In this document: piece by piece, positions 39,503 to 53,821 of the stretch | Layout: each line of letters begins with the position of its first letter | Numbering within the stretch: the first letter of the stretch is position 1 | Source of the DNA: Octopus vulgaris | Taxonomy: Eukaryota | Direction: 5' to 3' | NCBI GenBank assembly: GCA_951406725.2 | Contig: OX597827.1 | Location: 68,014,001 to 68,078,000, forward strand | Length of the DNA stretch: 64,000 bases | Notes under the pieces: model-generated | What the model saw: only the letters and a program-made list of their open reading frames with translations | Told to the model about the DNA's origin: nothing | Databases searched by the model: none | Translations under genes and position numbers: made by a program

Positions 39503-39877
39503 CTTTTATATTTTTCTTGTTTCAGTCATTTGGCTGCGGCTATGTTGGAGTACGACCTTTAATTGAACAAATCGACCCCAGGACTTATTCTTTGTAAGCT
39601 TGTTACTTATTCTATCGGTCGCTTTTGTCGAACCGCTAAGATACGGGGACGTAAACACACCAACATCGGTTGTCAAGCGATGGTGGGGGGGGGGGACAAA
39701 CAGACACACACAAACACATACATAGTTGAAATTTACAGAAAGACAAAAGACGAAGACAGATGTATAAACAACAAACAGGTGTATTAGTTTAACGCTCTGG
39801 AAGGTGAGAAAGTATTTTACGTTTAGAGCCTACGCTCTTCAACAGAAAGGAACACAATGAAATAAACAGAGAGAATA

Positions 39878-39972
<95 letters not shown>

Positions 39973-40235
39973 GGCGTGTGTATCGTTGGCGCTTTTTGGA
40001 CTTTTTCTATATCTCTGATGGAAAGCTCCGCTCGGAATGTGAAGTTCTCTTTCTTTTCTTTCCTTTCCTGTACTTGTACCACGTCCTCACGTTGTTGTTT
40101 TTTTCTTGCTGAGGATAGAAAACTCCGAATGATCCGTCTTTGTTTCCCTTGTATCGTCTGTCTGGATCCTTTGTTTTCCATTTTTTTTTGTTTCACTTAA
40201 CCGTCTGGATGTTTTGCGTTCTTGTTCCATTTTTG

Positions 40236-40277
<42 letters not shown>

Positions 40278-40438
40278 GACACGCTTCTTTCAGTTTCCGT
40301 CTACAAAATCCAGTCACAAATCTTTGGTCGGCCTGAGGCTATAGTAGAAGACACTTGCTCAAGGTCCCAAGTAGTGGGACTGAACCCGGAGCCATGTGGT
40401 TAGGAAGCAAGCTTCTTACCACAAAGCCACGCCTGCGC
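39503..40438 (-). mobile_element. SINE family A split by nested PLE-type repeats and (TG)n
   Basis: Tail 39503-39720, insert ~39722-40240, head 40277-40438. Confidence 0.8.
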
Positions 40439-40899
40439 TTATGCAAGGCTTTTTATCGCACAACCACGCATGCACCTAAGCAAACCCATTTTGTACATCT
40501 GTTAACAAGCAGTCCATTTTAGTCTAACCTTTAACCTTTGACCTGTCCAGTATGAGAGGTTCTACCAGGAGCTTGTGTTCAGGAGCTGACACAGCTCTCA
40601 AGGACATTGCGACACACAAGTGACCACGCCGCAGCAAGTGTCTGGGCCTTGTGATCGACCGGTAAACGTTCCATGCAATTAAACTAATATTAAAGGCCTT
40701 TTTGAGTCAAGCGTATGAGATGAACAAAATTGAAGCTAAGGGCGTCTTCGTTAGGGTTAGACTCCATTCCTTTACAGCGTATCACCCCCCGCAGTGTTCT
40801 CTCCGTCCTTTACTTTAATAATCTGGGTGTGTCCCTTATGGGCAGCCCGTTATCTCTGTCAAACACTTCTCTCTATGTTAACGAGCTATTTCCTCTTAC

Positions 40900-41121
40900 A
40901 TCTACCCGCCCAGGCGCACGCACGCACATACATTTTCTCGAGTATACGGTATTACCTTACACTCGCATCTGCCGTCAAAAATATCCACCCGCCAGAAAAA
41001 CGCTCACCAATCGAGTCTCATTGAGCAACACTGAAAAGAATGCGCGCACAAAACCAGCCAATGAGCGAGAGCCTCCTATTCTAGAAACAGCAAACCGAGT
41101 CATGGGAAAATTTTTTCTCAG
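40900..41121 (+). promoter_or_regulatory. Candidate Pol II promoter and short first exon
   Basis: Repeat-free, CpG-containing island; CCAAT at 41007 and AGCCAATGAG at 41056-41065; TGCGCGCA at 41041; donor-like cag|GTACG at 41121; direction uncertain. Confidence 0.4.
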
Positions 41122-41249
41122 GTACGCCTTCTGCATGAAGAACATATAGTTAAGTGGTAGCTAACATGCTTTTGTTGCAATTATTCATTCCTTATTAATT
41201 CTATTTAACAAGTGCAGGCGTGAAAGGGCATAGACATGTATTTGAAAAG

Positions 41250-41397
41250 CTTCCTTCTTAATCATGAGGTTTTGAGTTCAGTCCCATTGCGCGGTACCTT
41301 AGGTGAGTGTCTTCTACTATAGCGTCCACCCGACCAAAGCTTTGAGGGTGGATTTCATCGACGGAAACTGAAAGAAGCCCACCGATTTGTGTGTGTG

Positions 41398-41430
<33 letters not shown>

Positions 41431-41650
41431 TGTGCATGCATGTGAATTCTTTTATTCTTTTACTTGTTTCAGTCATTTGACTGCGGCCATGCTAGAGCAG
41501 TGCCTTTAGTCAAGCAAGTCGACCGCAGGACTTATTCTTTGTAAGCCTAGTACTTATTCAATCGGTGTCTTTTTGCCGAACCGCTGCTTTACGTAAACAC
41601 ACCAGTATCGGTTGTCAAGAGATGGTGAGGGGAGAAACATAGACACAAAG

Positions 41651-41697
<47 letters not shown>

Positions 41698-41855
41698 CAC
41701 GCACACACACACACATATGTATATGTATATACGAAGGGCTTCTTTCAGTTTCCGTCTACCAAATCCACTTACAAGGCTTTGGTCGGCCCGTGGTTAGAGC
41801 AGAAGGTACTGAACCCGGAACCATGAGGTTGGGAAGCAACCTTCTTACCACACAA
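41250..41855. mobile_element. SINE family A fragments (+ head 41250-41390; - copy 41447-41855)
   Basis: Family motifs. Confidence 0.8.
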
Positions 41856-41867
41856 CCAAGATCATCG

Positions 41868-41901
<34 letters not shown>

Positions 41902-42201
41902 ATGTGTGTGCGCGTGTGTGATTATATACATATAAATGTGTGTATGTGAGCATGTGTTTATATACATATAAATATGTGTGCGCGCGTGTGTGTGTGTGTA
42001 TTTATATACATATAAATATAATGTGTGCGTGTGTGTATGAGTTTATATATATATATATATATATATATAACGTGTGCGTGTGTGTGTGTGTGTGTGTGCA
42101 TGCGTATTTATATACATATAAATATGTGTATGTGCGCGCGCATGAGTTTATATACATATAAATATGTGTGTGAGTGAGTGTGTGTGTGCGCGCGTGTGCG
42201 C

Positions 42202-42235
<34 letters not shown>

Positions 42236-42789
42236 ACGTGTGTGCGTGTGTGTTTATCATGAGTCTTTTTCAGTTTCTTTTTCCCAAATCTACTCAGAAA
42301 GCTCTGATCAGAGAGGAGCTATATTAAAAGACACTCGCAGAAGGTGCCACGCAGTGGCACCGCAATGGGTAACAAGATTCTTACCGCGCCGCAACCTGTG
42401 CGCCTATAATAGATTTAACAGAAACGTTTTATTGTTATGACACGATCTTCTAGTGTTACGCTTTAAACTACCTTAACTATGGTGGTGGGGGGATCGAAGA
42501 CATTTTTTTGATTCTTTTACTCGCTTCAGTCACTGGACGGTGTGGCTACGCTGCGGCAAATTGGCTCCAGTACCAGCTTTAAGCTCCGTAATTATTCTAT
42601 TGGTCTCTTTTTGCCGGACCGCTAGAGCACTGCGACGTAAACAAACAAACACCGGTTTTATGACCCTCCCATACATATACACACGCATATAAACACTCTA
42701 ACACACACGAATACGATGACACACTTACACGACCATATGTGTTTATAGAGAGGGCTTCCTCACAGTTTCCGACTGCCAAGATCCACTCT

Positions 42790-43930
42790 CATCGCCACCG
42801 CCACCGTCAATCATCTCCATTTCTACCACGACCCCACGACGACTACTACTACTACTACACCCTCACTATCATCTCTGCAACCACCGTAAACTACTACTAC
42901 AAACACAACCGCCGCCATCATTCCTACCATTATTAACCACTACTACCACCACCGTCATCACCACCGCCACTGCCCCCGTCACCTCGTCATCACCATCTGC
43001 AACAACAGCCGCACCACCAAGAGCATCACCATTGGCAACATCATCGCCACCACAACAAGCATCACCAAAATATCGTCTCCACCACCACCACCACCATAGT
43101 CAACACCATCACCAGCACCAGCACCAACAACATCACCACTACAACCACCACTGCAACTACCACCACCACCACCACCACCAGCCTCAATGTCACCACCAAC
43201 ACAACCACCCCCAATTACACCGTTGCCACCAGCTTCATCATCATCATCGTCGTCATCATCATTCTCACCCCCACCATCACCACCACCACCACCACCAGCC
43301 TCCTCATCATCATCATCATCCTCATCACCACCAGCCTTATCGTCATCATCAGCCTCATTGTCACCAATACCACCAACACAACCATCACTACCATCACCAC
43401 CATCACTACCACCATAATCACCACCACCATAGCACCACCATCATCGTCATCATCATCCTCACCACCACCAGCCTCGTCGTTATCATCAGCCTCATTGTCA
43501 CCAACACCACCATAACCACCACCACCATCACTACCACCATCACCATCACCACCTCCATCATCACCACCATAACCACCACCATCATCACCACCACCACCAG
43601 CCTCATCTTCATCTTCATCGTCCTCACCACCACACCAGCCTCATCGTCATCATCAGCCTCATTGTCACCAACACCACCAACCACAACCATCACCACCACC
43701 ACCATAACCACCACCATCATCACCACCACCACCAGCCTTATTATCATCAACGTCGTCATCATCATCATCATCATCTTCACCACTACCACCAGCCTCATTG
43801 TCACCATCACCACCACCACCACCACCACCACCACCACACCACCACCACCATCACCACCACCCTCCTCATCATCACCACCACTACATCCACCTCCCTCCTC
43901 CTCATCACCAACCCCCTACATCCACCTCCC
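42790..43930. repeat. Degenerate (CAC/CAT)n tract with repeated cagcctcattgtcacca unit
   Basis: Directly visible. Confidence 0.9.
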
Positions 43931-44094
43931 TCCACCCGTCCCCTTTCCCAACGAACTCAGCACCATGGCAGTCGGCTCTACTCTCTACTCACCTGTTCTG
44001 ATTTCGTCTTCATTTCATTCGCATTTTACCCGGATGGCCTAGATTTTCTTATTCTTTTTTTCCTTCTTCATTTCTTATTTTATTTTCTTCAACA

Positions 44095-44169
<75 letters not shown>

Positions 44170-44296
44170 AACAAACACACACAAACACACACACACATAC
44201 ACATATGCTTTCACATATACACACACACATGCACGCACATGTTAACATAGTGACATACAAACACATGGAGATTTATCCAGACATATGTGTGTGTAC

Positions 44297-44358
<62 letters not shown>

Positions 44359-44473
44359 GTGTATACATGTATATATATATATATATGTGTGTGTACACAT
44401 ATATATATATACATGTATATACATGTACACACACATATATATGTTACATATATGTATGTATATATGTATGTTT

Positions 44474-44509
<36 letters not shown>

Positions 44510-44970
44510 TTATATAAATATGTATGTTATATATATATATTTATATATATTCACACACATACACACACACACACACATATATACATATATATATATGTAT
44601 ATATATATCAAACTGTGTTCTCTTTACGATTTACCCTCAAAGTACCCCGCCCACCAGTGCGACAAACACACACTTATTACCTACCCCCCACCGACCCACC
44701 ACCCTACCCCCACTCTCACTATCTTCTCATCACCCACCCACCCCCACCTGATATTTTACTATTCCCCCCTCTCTCTCTCTCTCTCTCTCATTCCTTTTTC
44801 TCACTCTCTCCTTTTCCTTTCCACTCAACGTTGTCTACCGCGTTTCATTCCCCTCCTCCGTCCGCCCCCCTCAACCAACCTAGAATTAGACAGGCTGTAT
44901 AAACAAAGCAATCTTTTTTTTTTATATATATATGAAGATTAAAATATGTCAGACATACACACACTGTGTA

Positions 44971-45044
<74 letters not shown>

Positions 45045-45059
45045 TGTGTGTGTGTGTGT

Positions 45060-45420
45060 TACTGGTTTCAGTCGTTTGACTGCGGCCATGCTGGAGCTGC
45101 ACCTTTAGTCGAACGAATCGACCCCCAAGACTATATTCTTTGTAAGCCTTAGTACTGCTGAACCGCTTGGTTACGGGGGCGTAAACACACCAACATCGGT
45201 TGTCAAGTGATGGTGGGGGGATAAAACACAGACACACACACACACACACACATATATACGATGGGCTTCTTTCAGTTTCCGTCTACCAAATCCACTCACA
45301 AGGCTTTGACCGTCCTGAGGCTATATAGTAGAGGGCACTCGCCAAAGGTGCCACGAGCTGGGATTGAACCCGAAACAATGTGGTTGGAAAGCAAGCTTCT
45401 TACCATAGAGCCACATGTGC
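45060..45420 (-). mobile_element. SINE family A
   Basis: Family motifs. Confidence 0.85.
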
Positions 45421-45530
45421 GTTCATATATATATGAAAAAATTCAAAGGCCGATGTGTATATTCACACACACACACTCACGAACACACGCAGAGAAACTC
45501 ACACACACACACACATATGCACATATGCGC

Positions 45531-45568
<38 letters not shown>

Positions 45569-45581
45569 ATAAACTTATATA

Positions 45582-45857
45582 TCCATTACATAAAATCCGT
45601 TCTGTCTGTCTGTTTGTGTGTCTTCTAGGATCTCGGGCATCCTCCATCCGATTGCGCTCAAATTTGATGTGTAGATACCGACGGTATCAGGGCGTGTATA
45701 AGTCTTGAAAAAATTACAAAAATCGATTCCAGGTGAGAATGCGATCTATAAAGCATTCTTTGGAATAGAAAAAAAGTCTATCTTTATTTCTTCTTTTGCT
45801 GGTGTTTCAAATTTAGGTTAAATCAGTGTTTCTTAAAGGGGAGGCCTATGGGACGGT
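45582..45857 (+). mobile_element. 5' part of a non-autonomous Helitron-like element
   Basis: TC..TTA.ATAAAAT start followed by (CTGT)n; close reverse-complement copy at 61594-61960. Confidence 0.6.
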
Positions 45858-46190
45858 CGGACAAGTTGTTTTGAGAAAATTTGGTTTAAATGTTTTACAA
45901 CTCAGCACCGTCCATTGGACGGGGTGGGGTGGGTGTTTTGCTTGTATATACATATATAGCTGGAATATACAGAAAAGTAAAAGACGAAAACAAGTGCATG
46001 GACCACAAGCAGGTGTATTAGTTTGACGCTCGGGAAAGGGAGAAAGTCTTTTACGTTTCGAGCGTACGCTCTTCAACAGAAAGCTACAAGAGAAAATAGA
46101 TAGAATAAAAAAAGCATGTGGATGTAGCGATCAATCATGGCTACGTAACATAATTAGATGCATATAGTGTGTGTGTTTGTGTGCGCGTGT

Positions 46191-46255
<65 letters not shown>

Positions 46256-46838
46256 AATGTAGAAATGTTCAAAAAAGTACTCGAAGCGCTAAAAGATCGA
46301 AATTCGTCAGAAATTCTGAATCACGACGAAGAGAAATATCAACCTCAAAGGAAGACACAAACACACACACACACGCAGAGACACACATATAGGCTTATCG
46401 TTTATCTCTTACTTGTTTCAATCATTGGATTGCGGCCATGCTGGAATACGTAAACAAAAAACAGTTGCCAAATGAATACGTAAACAAAAAACAGTTGACA
46501 AATGAAACTAAACAGATTGCAAACAAATTTTACTGCATCACATTTTTGCCATTAAACAGGTCGAAGTTTCCACACACACACATATGCACGTTCATTGTTT
46601 ACCTATATAATCCCGTACGTTCACCTTGCCTTCTTCTTCTTCTTCTTCTTCTTCCCACTCCCCACCCCACCTTACCTGTGTCTATTGTCTCTCAAATAAG
46701 CTAAGGTATTCCTTTAACTGTCAGAATGAAACGAACGAGAAAAGGAAAGGTAAAAAAAAAAGACCTGCCGGGAAATCTCGTAGTTCAAACGTATTCATCA
46801 CTGAGCCGATATGTACATACATGTAGGTGTGTTTGTTG

Positions 46839-46902
<64 letters not shown>

Positions 46903-46945
46903 GTGTGTGTGCGTGTGTGTATGCGTGTGATTTAGCTTATGCGTG

Positions 46946-46988
<43 letters not shown>

Positions 46989-47049
46989 AGTACTGTTTCT
47001 TCGATGTATGCATGTGTGTGTGCGTGTGTGTGAGTACATACACATATGC

Positions 47050-47111
<62 letters not shown>

Positions 47112-47403
47112 TGACAGGAAGTGAGTACAAGACAGATATACTTACTTATAAGAGGAGAAAATAACTACCTGTCAATCTATATTATTTTGCTCTCTCTCCA
47201 TCTCAATGTGTGTGTGTGTGTGTGTGTGTACGTTCCTTGGGGCTGGCCAGATTGGAGCAATCTCAAGATTAATCAGCCGAAATTGCGAGGATGATCCAGT
47301 TCTTGACTGAAGATTGAAGGCTTCGAATGTCCGTGTTTTTTGTATCGTCTTCTAAATGTTTTGCGTTCTTGTCCCAGTTTGTATTTTTTTATACACACAC
47401 ACA

Positions 47404-47495
<92 letters not shown>

Positions 47496-48257
47496 CAGAG
47501 GTGACTTCAGATCATCAGCGTCACTTGGGCTCATCGTAGTTTTCGCATAAGACATGTGTCTGCTCAAAGAATTTTGTGTTTTTCCGCTTTATTTCTGACT
47601 CCAAATGGCTTTTTTTAAATATCTAGCACTATGATAAGGGTAAAAATAAAGCAACCCTGCAAAACACAATTGATCTTTACACACAGACGCAATGAAATAA
47701 CGACAGTGGAGTACACAACAAACATCAGCGATCTGATTGTCACCTGTTCTCTTGACAAGAGATGCCTGTTAGACTTTTACACCTACCAAGCTCGTTCGTA
47801 TTAGCCAGAATTGCTGGATAGTTTTTCGTTCCTTTAAGAATATTGTAGAACGGAAACTTTTCATAGATTGGAATTTAAATCCTAATCTCCATAGAAACTT
47901 ATTCCTTCGAGAAAACATTGAATTTGAATTACTTTTAATTTTTACGATTGTAGACATCAACTTGAGCTGTAACTACTGAGCCCGAATCAGGTGCATGGGA
48001 ACGAGAACGTCTGCTGCGAATGATATCTTTTGACACAGGGCACATCTGAACGAATATAAATGGACGAAAATAAATGAATTGCGACCAAGCCCAATCAACA
48101 AAATGCCCGAGTTATTGGTTGAAATTACGTACTTGAAGTCAGTGTTAAATCAGAAATTAAATCAACTTGCAAATACACGTTCACTTTATTAAATTTATAC
48201 TCGGGCTAAGCCCGAACAGCCAGAGTGCAGGAGTTACCACTGATATAAATAAATATA

Positions 48258-48565
48258 AATGCGCCCTTTTTTAAAGCCTAGCCAGGCTCATGGGCCCATT
48301 TTCCTGGTTTCTATGGCGTATATGTTCTGGACGGGATGCCAGTCCATCGCAGCGTTACTCATTTTTGACACCTGAGTGGACTGGAGAAACGTGAAATGAA
48401 GTGTTTTGCTCAAGAACACTACGCGTCACACGGTCCAGGAATCGAAACCACAATCTTACGATCAGGATGCTGACACCCTAACCACTAAGCCACGCGCCTC
48501 CACACATACAAACACATATATATATATACAGGCGTTGGAGTGGGGGGACAAAGACAGACACACAA

Positions 48566-48644
<79 letters not shown>

Positions 48645-48802
48645 TACGACGGGCTTCTTTCAGTTTCCGTCTACCAAATCCACTCACAAGGCTTTGGTTG
48701 GGCCGGGGCTATAGTAGAAGACACTTGCCCAAGGTGCCACGTAGTGGGACTGAACCCGGAACCATGTGGTTTCTAAGCAAGCTACTTACCAGACAGCCAC
48801 TA
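48258..48802 (-). mobile_element. Family C-related SINE (48258-48502) and SINE family A 5' half (48540-48802)
   Basis: gccaggctcatgggccc...gtccatcgcagc tail and cgcgcctccac head; family A motifs. Confidence 0.8.
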
Positions 48803-49245
48803 TAATAATAATATTTTTTATTATATATGATTCTGACATTCTTTTTACTTTACATAAAATATTTTTGATATTCTACTCTTGTTTTATTGCCATTTATTTA
48901 CGAGTATTATAAATTTTATTGATAAAATATTTTTCTGGGAACGAATTACGATTTATAACATTGCTACTATGGAAAATTCTTGCTCTGCTTTACGAGTTTT
49001 TCGCTTTACGAGCGATCTCGTATATCGAAGCATTGAAGTGGATTACCCTCAATTCCCTCCACACTGACACAAAGCTATGTACACACAAATACACAGATAG
49101 ATTGACACACAGATAGATTGACACACACACTCACATGTACATGCATAACCACACACACACACACACACATGTACATACATAACCACACACACACACACAT
49201 GTACATGCATAACCACACACACACACACACATGTACATGCATAAC

Positions 49246-49304
<59 letters not shown>

Positions 49305-49826
49305 CTTGCTACTCCGCCTCCAGGTTCGATTCTTGTCGTTCTTTTGTCGGCGTTGTGTTAAAGTTGAAAGTAACGAGGCCCCTTAAGTCATTTACCGCTT
49401 CCTACCGAAACTGACCCCGTTTGTTGACCGCTTGACTGCAGATTTGTTCATTCGTTTGTCCAATCGTTTGGGAGGTTTCATTCATATTTTCCCTTTTTTA
49501 TATGCATCATACAGCAACCCGTTCAGAACTGTATGTGTGTGTGTATCTATGTATGAACGCATGTATATATATATATATTGTATGTACGTATGATGTATGT
49601 ATGTGTCTATGTATGTATGTGACTATGTATGTATGTATGTATGTATGTATGTATGTATGTATGTATGTATGTATGCGTGTGTGTGTATGCATGTATGTAT
49701 GTGTGGGTGTGTGTATGTATGTATGAGTATGTGTGTATGTGTGTATGTGTGCTTGTATGTAGGTACGTATGTATTTGTGCGTGTGTATATGTGTTTGTAT
49801 ATATGTATATATGTATGAATGTATGT

Positions 49827-50378
49827 CAGGTCACTTTCGAGTGCTACTGGTAACATGTAACCCAGTACAACCTGTTGCATGGTCGGGCCGTCGGCGACTA
49901 AACCGGCAACCCCACCAAGCTTGCTTGGTGAGGAGGGTGTTTATTGGACACCCTACGGGATGAAAAACGAAACCCGTCAAAGGGCGGAGGAACTCTTGAG
50001 AGTGAACGGCCATCCAATAAATGTCTTAAGGCTGTATCATGCGCGGGGACATAGAAATAATCGAACTGAATACCCGATCGCGCGGTTAAACCATTGGGAG
50101 TGAAGGACTCCCAGCCTTTGTTAGAGCATATCTCTAGGAGAAGGTAACTCAGGTAACTGGGATAACTCCGACATAAAACCTGCGGCTCAGTGGTTACCGA
50201 TGATGTTGACTTGTTCTTCTTTTCAGAATATGGCTGCTGTTACTTAGTGAGTGGGATTGACTCAGTACACAGCCTTTCCTCACTTCAAAAAAAATCTTCT
50301 TGCACAGACATTGCATGATAACAACACTGATTAAGCTTCGTGCAATGGCCATACTCGATAACGAGGGGGCAGCCACCA
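49827..50378 (+). mobile_element. Non-autonomous bipartite RTE derivative (5' UTR-like body plus RTE 3' end)
   Basis: Last 45 bp match 10632-10676 at 44/45; ctaggagaaggtaactc...aaacc resembles RTE 5' UTRs; flanked by (TATG)n. Confidence 0.65.
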
Positions 50379-50436
50379 TGTATGTATGTATGTATGCGTG
50401 CGTGTATGTATGTATGTGTGAGTATGTGTGTATACT

Positions 50437-50681
50437 CTTTACCCTTTACTCTTTTACTTGTTTCAGTTATTTGACTGTGGCCACGCTGGGGCACCGCCTT
50501 TAATCGAGCAAATGACCCCAGGACTTATTCTTTGTAAACCTAGTACTTATTCTATCGGTCGCTTTTGCCGAATCGCTAAGTTACGGGGACGTAAACACAC
50601 CACCATCAGTTGTCAAGCGATGTTGGGGGGGAACAAACACAGACACACAGACACACAAACACACACACACACATACATATT

Positions 50682-50769
<88 letters not shown>

Positions 50770-50950
50770 CACACATACATATATACGATGGGCTTCTTTC
50801 AGTTTCCGTCTACCAAATCCAGTCACAAGGCTTTGGTCGGCCCAAGGCTATAGTAGAAGACACTTACCCAAGGTGTCTCGCATTGGAACTGAACCCGGAA
50901 CCATGTGGTTCGTAAGCAAGCTACTTACCACACAGCCACTCCTACGCCTA
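50437..50950 (-). mobile_element. SINE family A, full length
   Basis: Consensus match with expanded internal TA/CA tract. Confidence 0.9.
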
Positions 50951-51087
50951 TGTATGTGTGCTTGTATGTAGGTACGTGTGTATGTATGTATTTGTGCGTG
51001 TGTATGTATGTGTGTTTGTACGCATGTATGTATGGCTGCCTGGTTGCCTGGATGGATGGATGGATGGATGGATGGATGGATGGATGC

Positions 51088-51151
<64 letters not shown>

Positions 51152-51372
51152 GGAAAGAGATGGCAGAAGGATAAATGATTATCTCATGAACTTCTTTAGC
51201 TTACAGCTGTTTCAACTACATTATATTTATATACATATATACGTATATATACGTGTAACTTCTATATACAAACACATAAGCACATACACATTTGTATTTG
51301 TGCTTCTACACACACACACATACAGACACACACACACACACATATATACATACATACATATACATACATACA

Positions 51373-51407
<35 letters not shown>

Positions 51408-51904
51408 CTTATATACACTGGCTTATGTTATTTTTATATATCTTTGAATGCGTGTGTGTGGGTGTGGGGTGTGTGGGTGTGTCTCCGCGTGTATGTTGAA
51501 GTATGAATATATAAAAAAAACAGACCATCTTATAAACAGGCTAATGTTATTTTAATATATTTATAGATATAAAAAAAAAAAATTTCATACACACGCGTAT
51601 GTTATATTTGTATATACAGATGTACCCCAGCTCGTGTACACGCGCACAAACACTGATATACACGCTTCTGTTGTTTTATACATATGACTATACACACACA
51701 CACTGACACACATATGTGTGTATACACACACACACACGCACATGTATATATACACACACATACAGACACATCTACTTAGATATATGTTTTGTTTTTGTTT
51801 TGATATATATATTTCTTTCCCACTTCTATTTTGTTAATTTTTTTCACTCACACACGCACATACATTCATACAAACACACACACACACAGACAAACACCCA
51901 CACT

Positions 51905-51939
<35 letters not shown>

Positions 51940-52319
51940 GCGCACAAGCTTGCTTTTACAGACATACGCACTAACACGCATGTTTTTAAACAGCTCAGAC
52001 AAGAATTGTGCATGGATTTGAGAATGCTTCGATGGCTTCTAATTTAAGCATCAGGACAGCAATTTTGAGGGGATGGGCTAAGTCTATACCATCGACCCCA
52101 GTACATGACTGGTATTTCAATTTTTTTCGACAAGAAAAGCATAAAATAAAAATTTGACACAACAGGATTTGAACTTTCACCGTAAAGCTTCGGAAGAAAA
52201 ATCGCACAGATTTTTCGTCGATGGTTTAACGATTCAGCCAGCTCCATGCTTTCAGAATACTTACTCTAATGAGGTTCACAAGCGTGTATATGGAGAGGGG
52301 ATACACAAATACATAAATG

Positions 52320-52483
52320 TATATACATACATACATACATACATACATACATACATACATACATACATACATACATACATACATACGTACGTACGTACGT
52401 ACGTACGTACGTACATACATACATACATACATACATACATACATACATACATACATACGTACGTACATACATACATACATACA

Positions 52484-52516
<33 letters not shown>

Positions 52517-52535
52517 GCATACATTCATACATACA

Positions 52536-52569
<34 letters not shown>

Positions 52570-52602
52570 CATACATACGTACGTACATACATACATATAT
52601 AT

Positions 52603-52633
<31 letters not shown>

Positions 52634-53082
52634 CATACATATATACATACATACATACATACATACATTACATACATACATACATTCATGCAAACATACA
52701 TACATACATACATACATGCATATATACATACATACATACATACATACACACACATACATACATACATACATACATACATGCATACATCCATTCATACAAA
52801 CATACATACATACATACATACATACATACATACATACGTACATACATACGTACATACATACATACATACATACAGACATACATACATGCATACATACATA
52901 AACACATACACACACACATACATACATACATACATACATACATACATACATACATGCATACAAACATACATACATACATACATACATACATACACACATA
53001 CATACATACATACATACATACATACATACATACATACATACATACGTACATACAAACGTACATACATACATACATACATACA

Positions 53083-53116
<34 letters not shown>

Positions 53117-53150
53117 CATACATACATACATACATACATACATACATACA
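52320..53150. repeat. ~830-bp (CATA)n microsatellite
   Basis: Directly visible. Confidence 0.97.
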
Positions 53151-53239
53151 TCTCATAATGTCGGACCGTTGAACTCAGTACAATTTTTCCGATCTCCGTT
53201 TTTTTTTTCTCTTAATACTTTCTGACGAACATAGTGACA

Positions 53240-53515
53240 AAAATTAAAGCTACTAAGTTGGCTGGCTACGTATGGACTTTGAAAGATAACGAAACAGCGC
53301 ATGTGATTAAATGGAAAGTAATTGAAGAAATCGATACTTTATGTGAATGGATCGAACAAATGTAGAATTTTGATTGGCTGAAAGAGCGCAGATGCTGTTC
53401 AGATTTAAGATCCCTGACTTTCTATTGAACTCCAGGTCAGAAATTTTCCGTGATTGCATGCATATACATAAATTCATTTTGAAGAATTGGAAAATTTCGC
53501 CTATTCCTGATTGAC
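53240..53515 (+). pseudogene. Decayed C-terminus of a Penelope-like element GIY-YIG endonuclease region (Naiad-like)
   Basis: With two +1 frameshifts: ATKLAGYVWTLKDNETAHVIKWKVIEE / YVNGSNKCRI / *LAERAQML...FLLNSRSEIFRDCMHIHKFILKNW, fitting a remembered LSxYIWxLK..IKWxI..CxLCLxE..LLNxRSE..CxH pattern; hammerhead directly downstream. Confidence 0.75.
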
Positions 53516-53731
53516 TTTATATCTTTCCAGCCTTATCATTTCAAGTCTAAAGAGGATAGCACTTTTATCTTTTTATTTTTTATTTTTTACATTTTAGTTT
53601 CTGTTATACGTTTTCCGATTTTCGTTTTCCATTCTTCATTCATTGTCTGTGTTTTCTATATGTTGCCTTTTCAATTTTTTTCTCATTTCTATTATTATTC
53701 AATTTCTTTAGTTCGTTATACTATGTGGTTT

Positions 53732-53784
53732 GCGCCTGAAGAATATGTTTGAGTTTTCTCAACATATGAAACTATTAGTAGCGC
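53732..53784 (+). ncRNA. Canonical type-I hammerhead ribozyme motif in the PLE 3' region
   Basis: gcgc-CTGAAGA-atatgtt-tgagttttctc-aacatat-GAAACT-att-AGTA-gcgc; predicted cleavage after 53780. Confidence 0.82.
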
Positions 53785-53821
53785 TTTAATATATGTATTG
53801 TGACCTTTAAATTAATTATAT

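Noticed and set aside
40730-41149. 139-aa non-repetitive ORF
   Set aside because: TTG start, no recognisable motif, overlaps promoter-like elements
43032-44042. 336-aa His/Thr/Pro-rich ORF
   Set aside because: Trinucleotide low-complexity tract open in several frames
30920-47340. CTGA(G/A)GA motifs at ~30937, 31756, 40109 and 47306
   Set aside because: Related repeats, but GAAA and stems are not intact; not called as ribozymes
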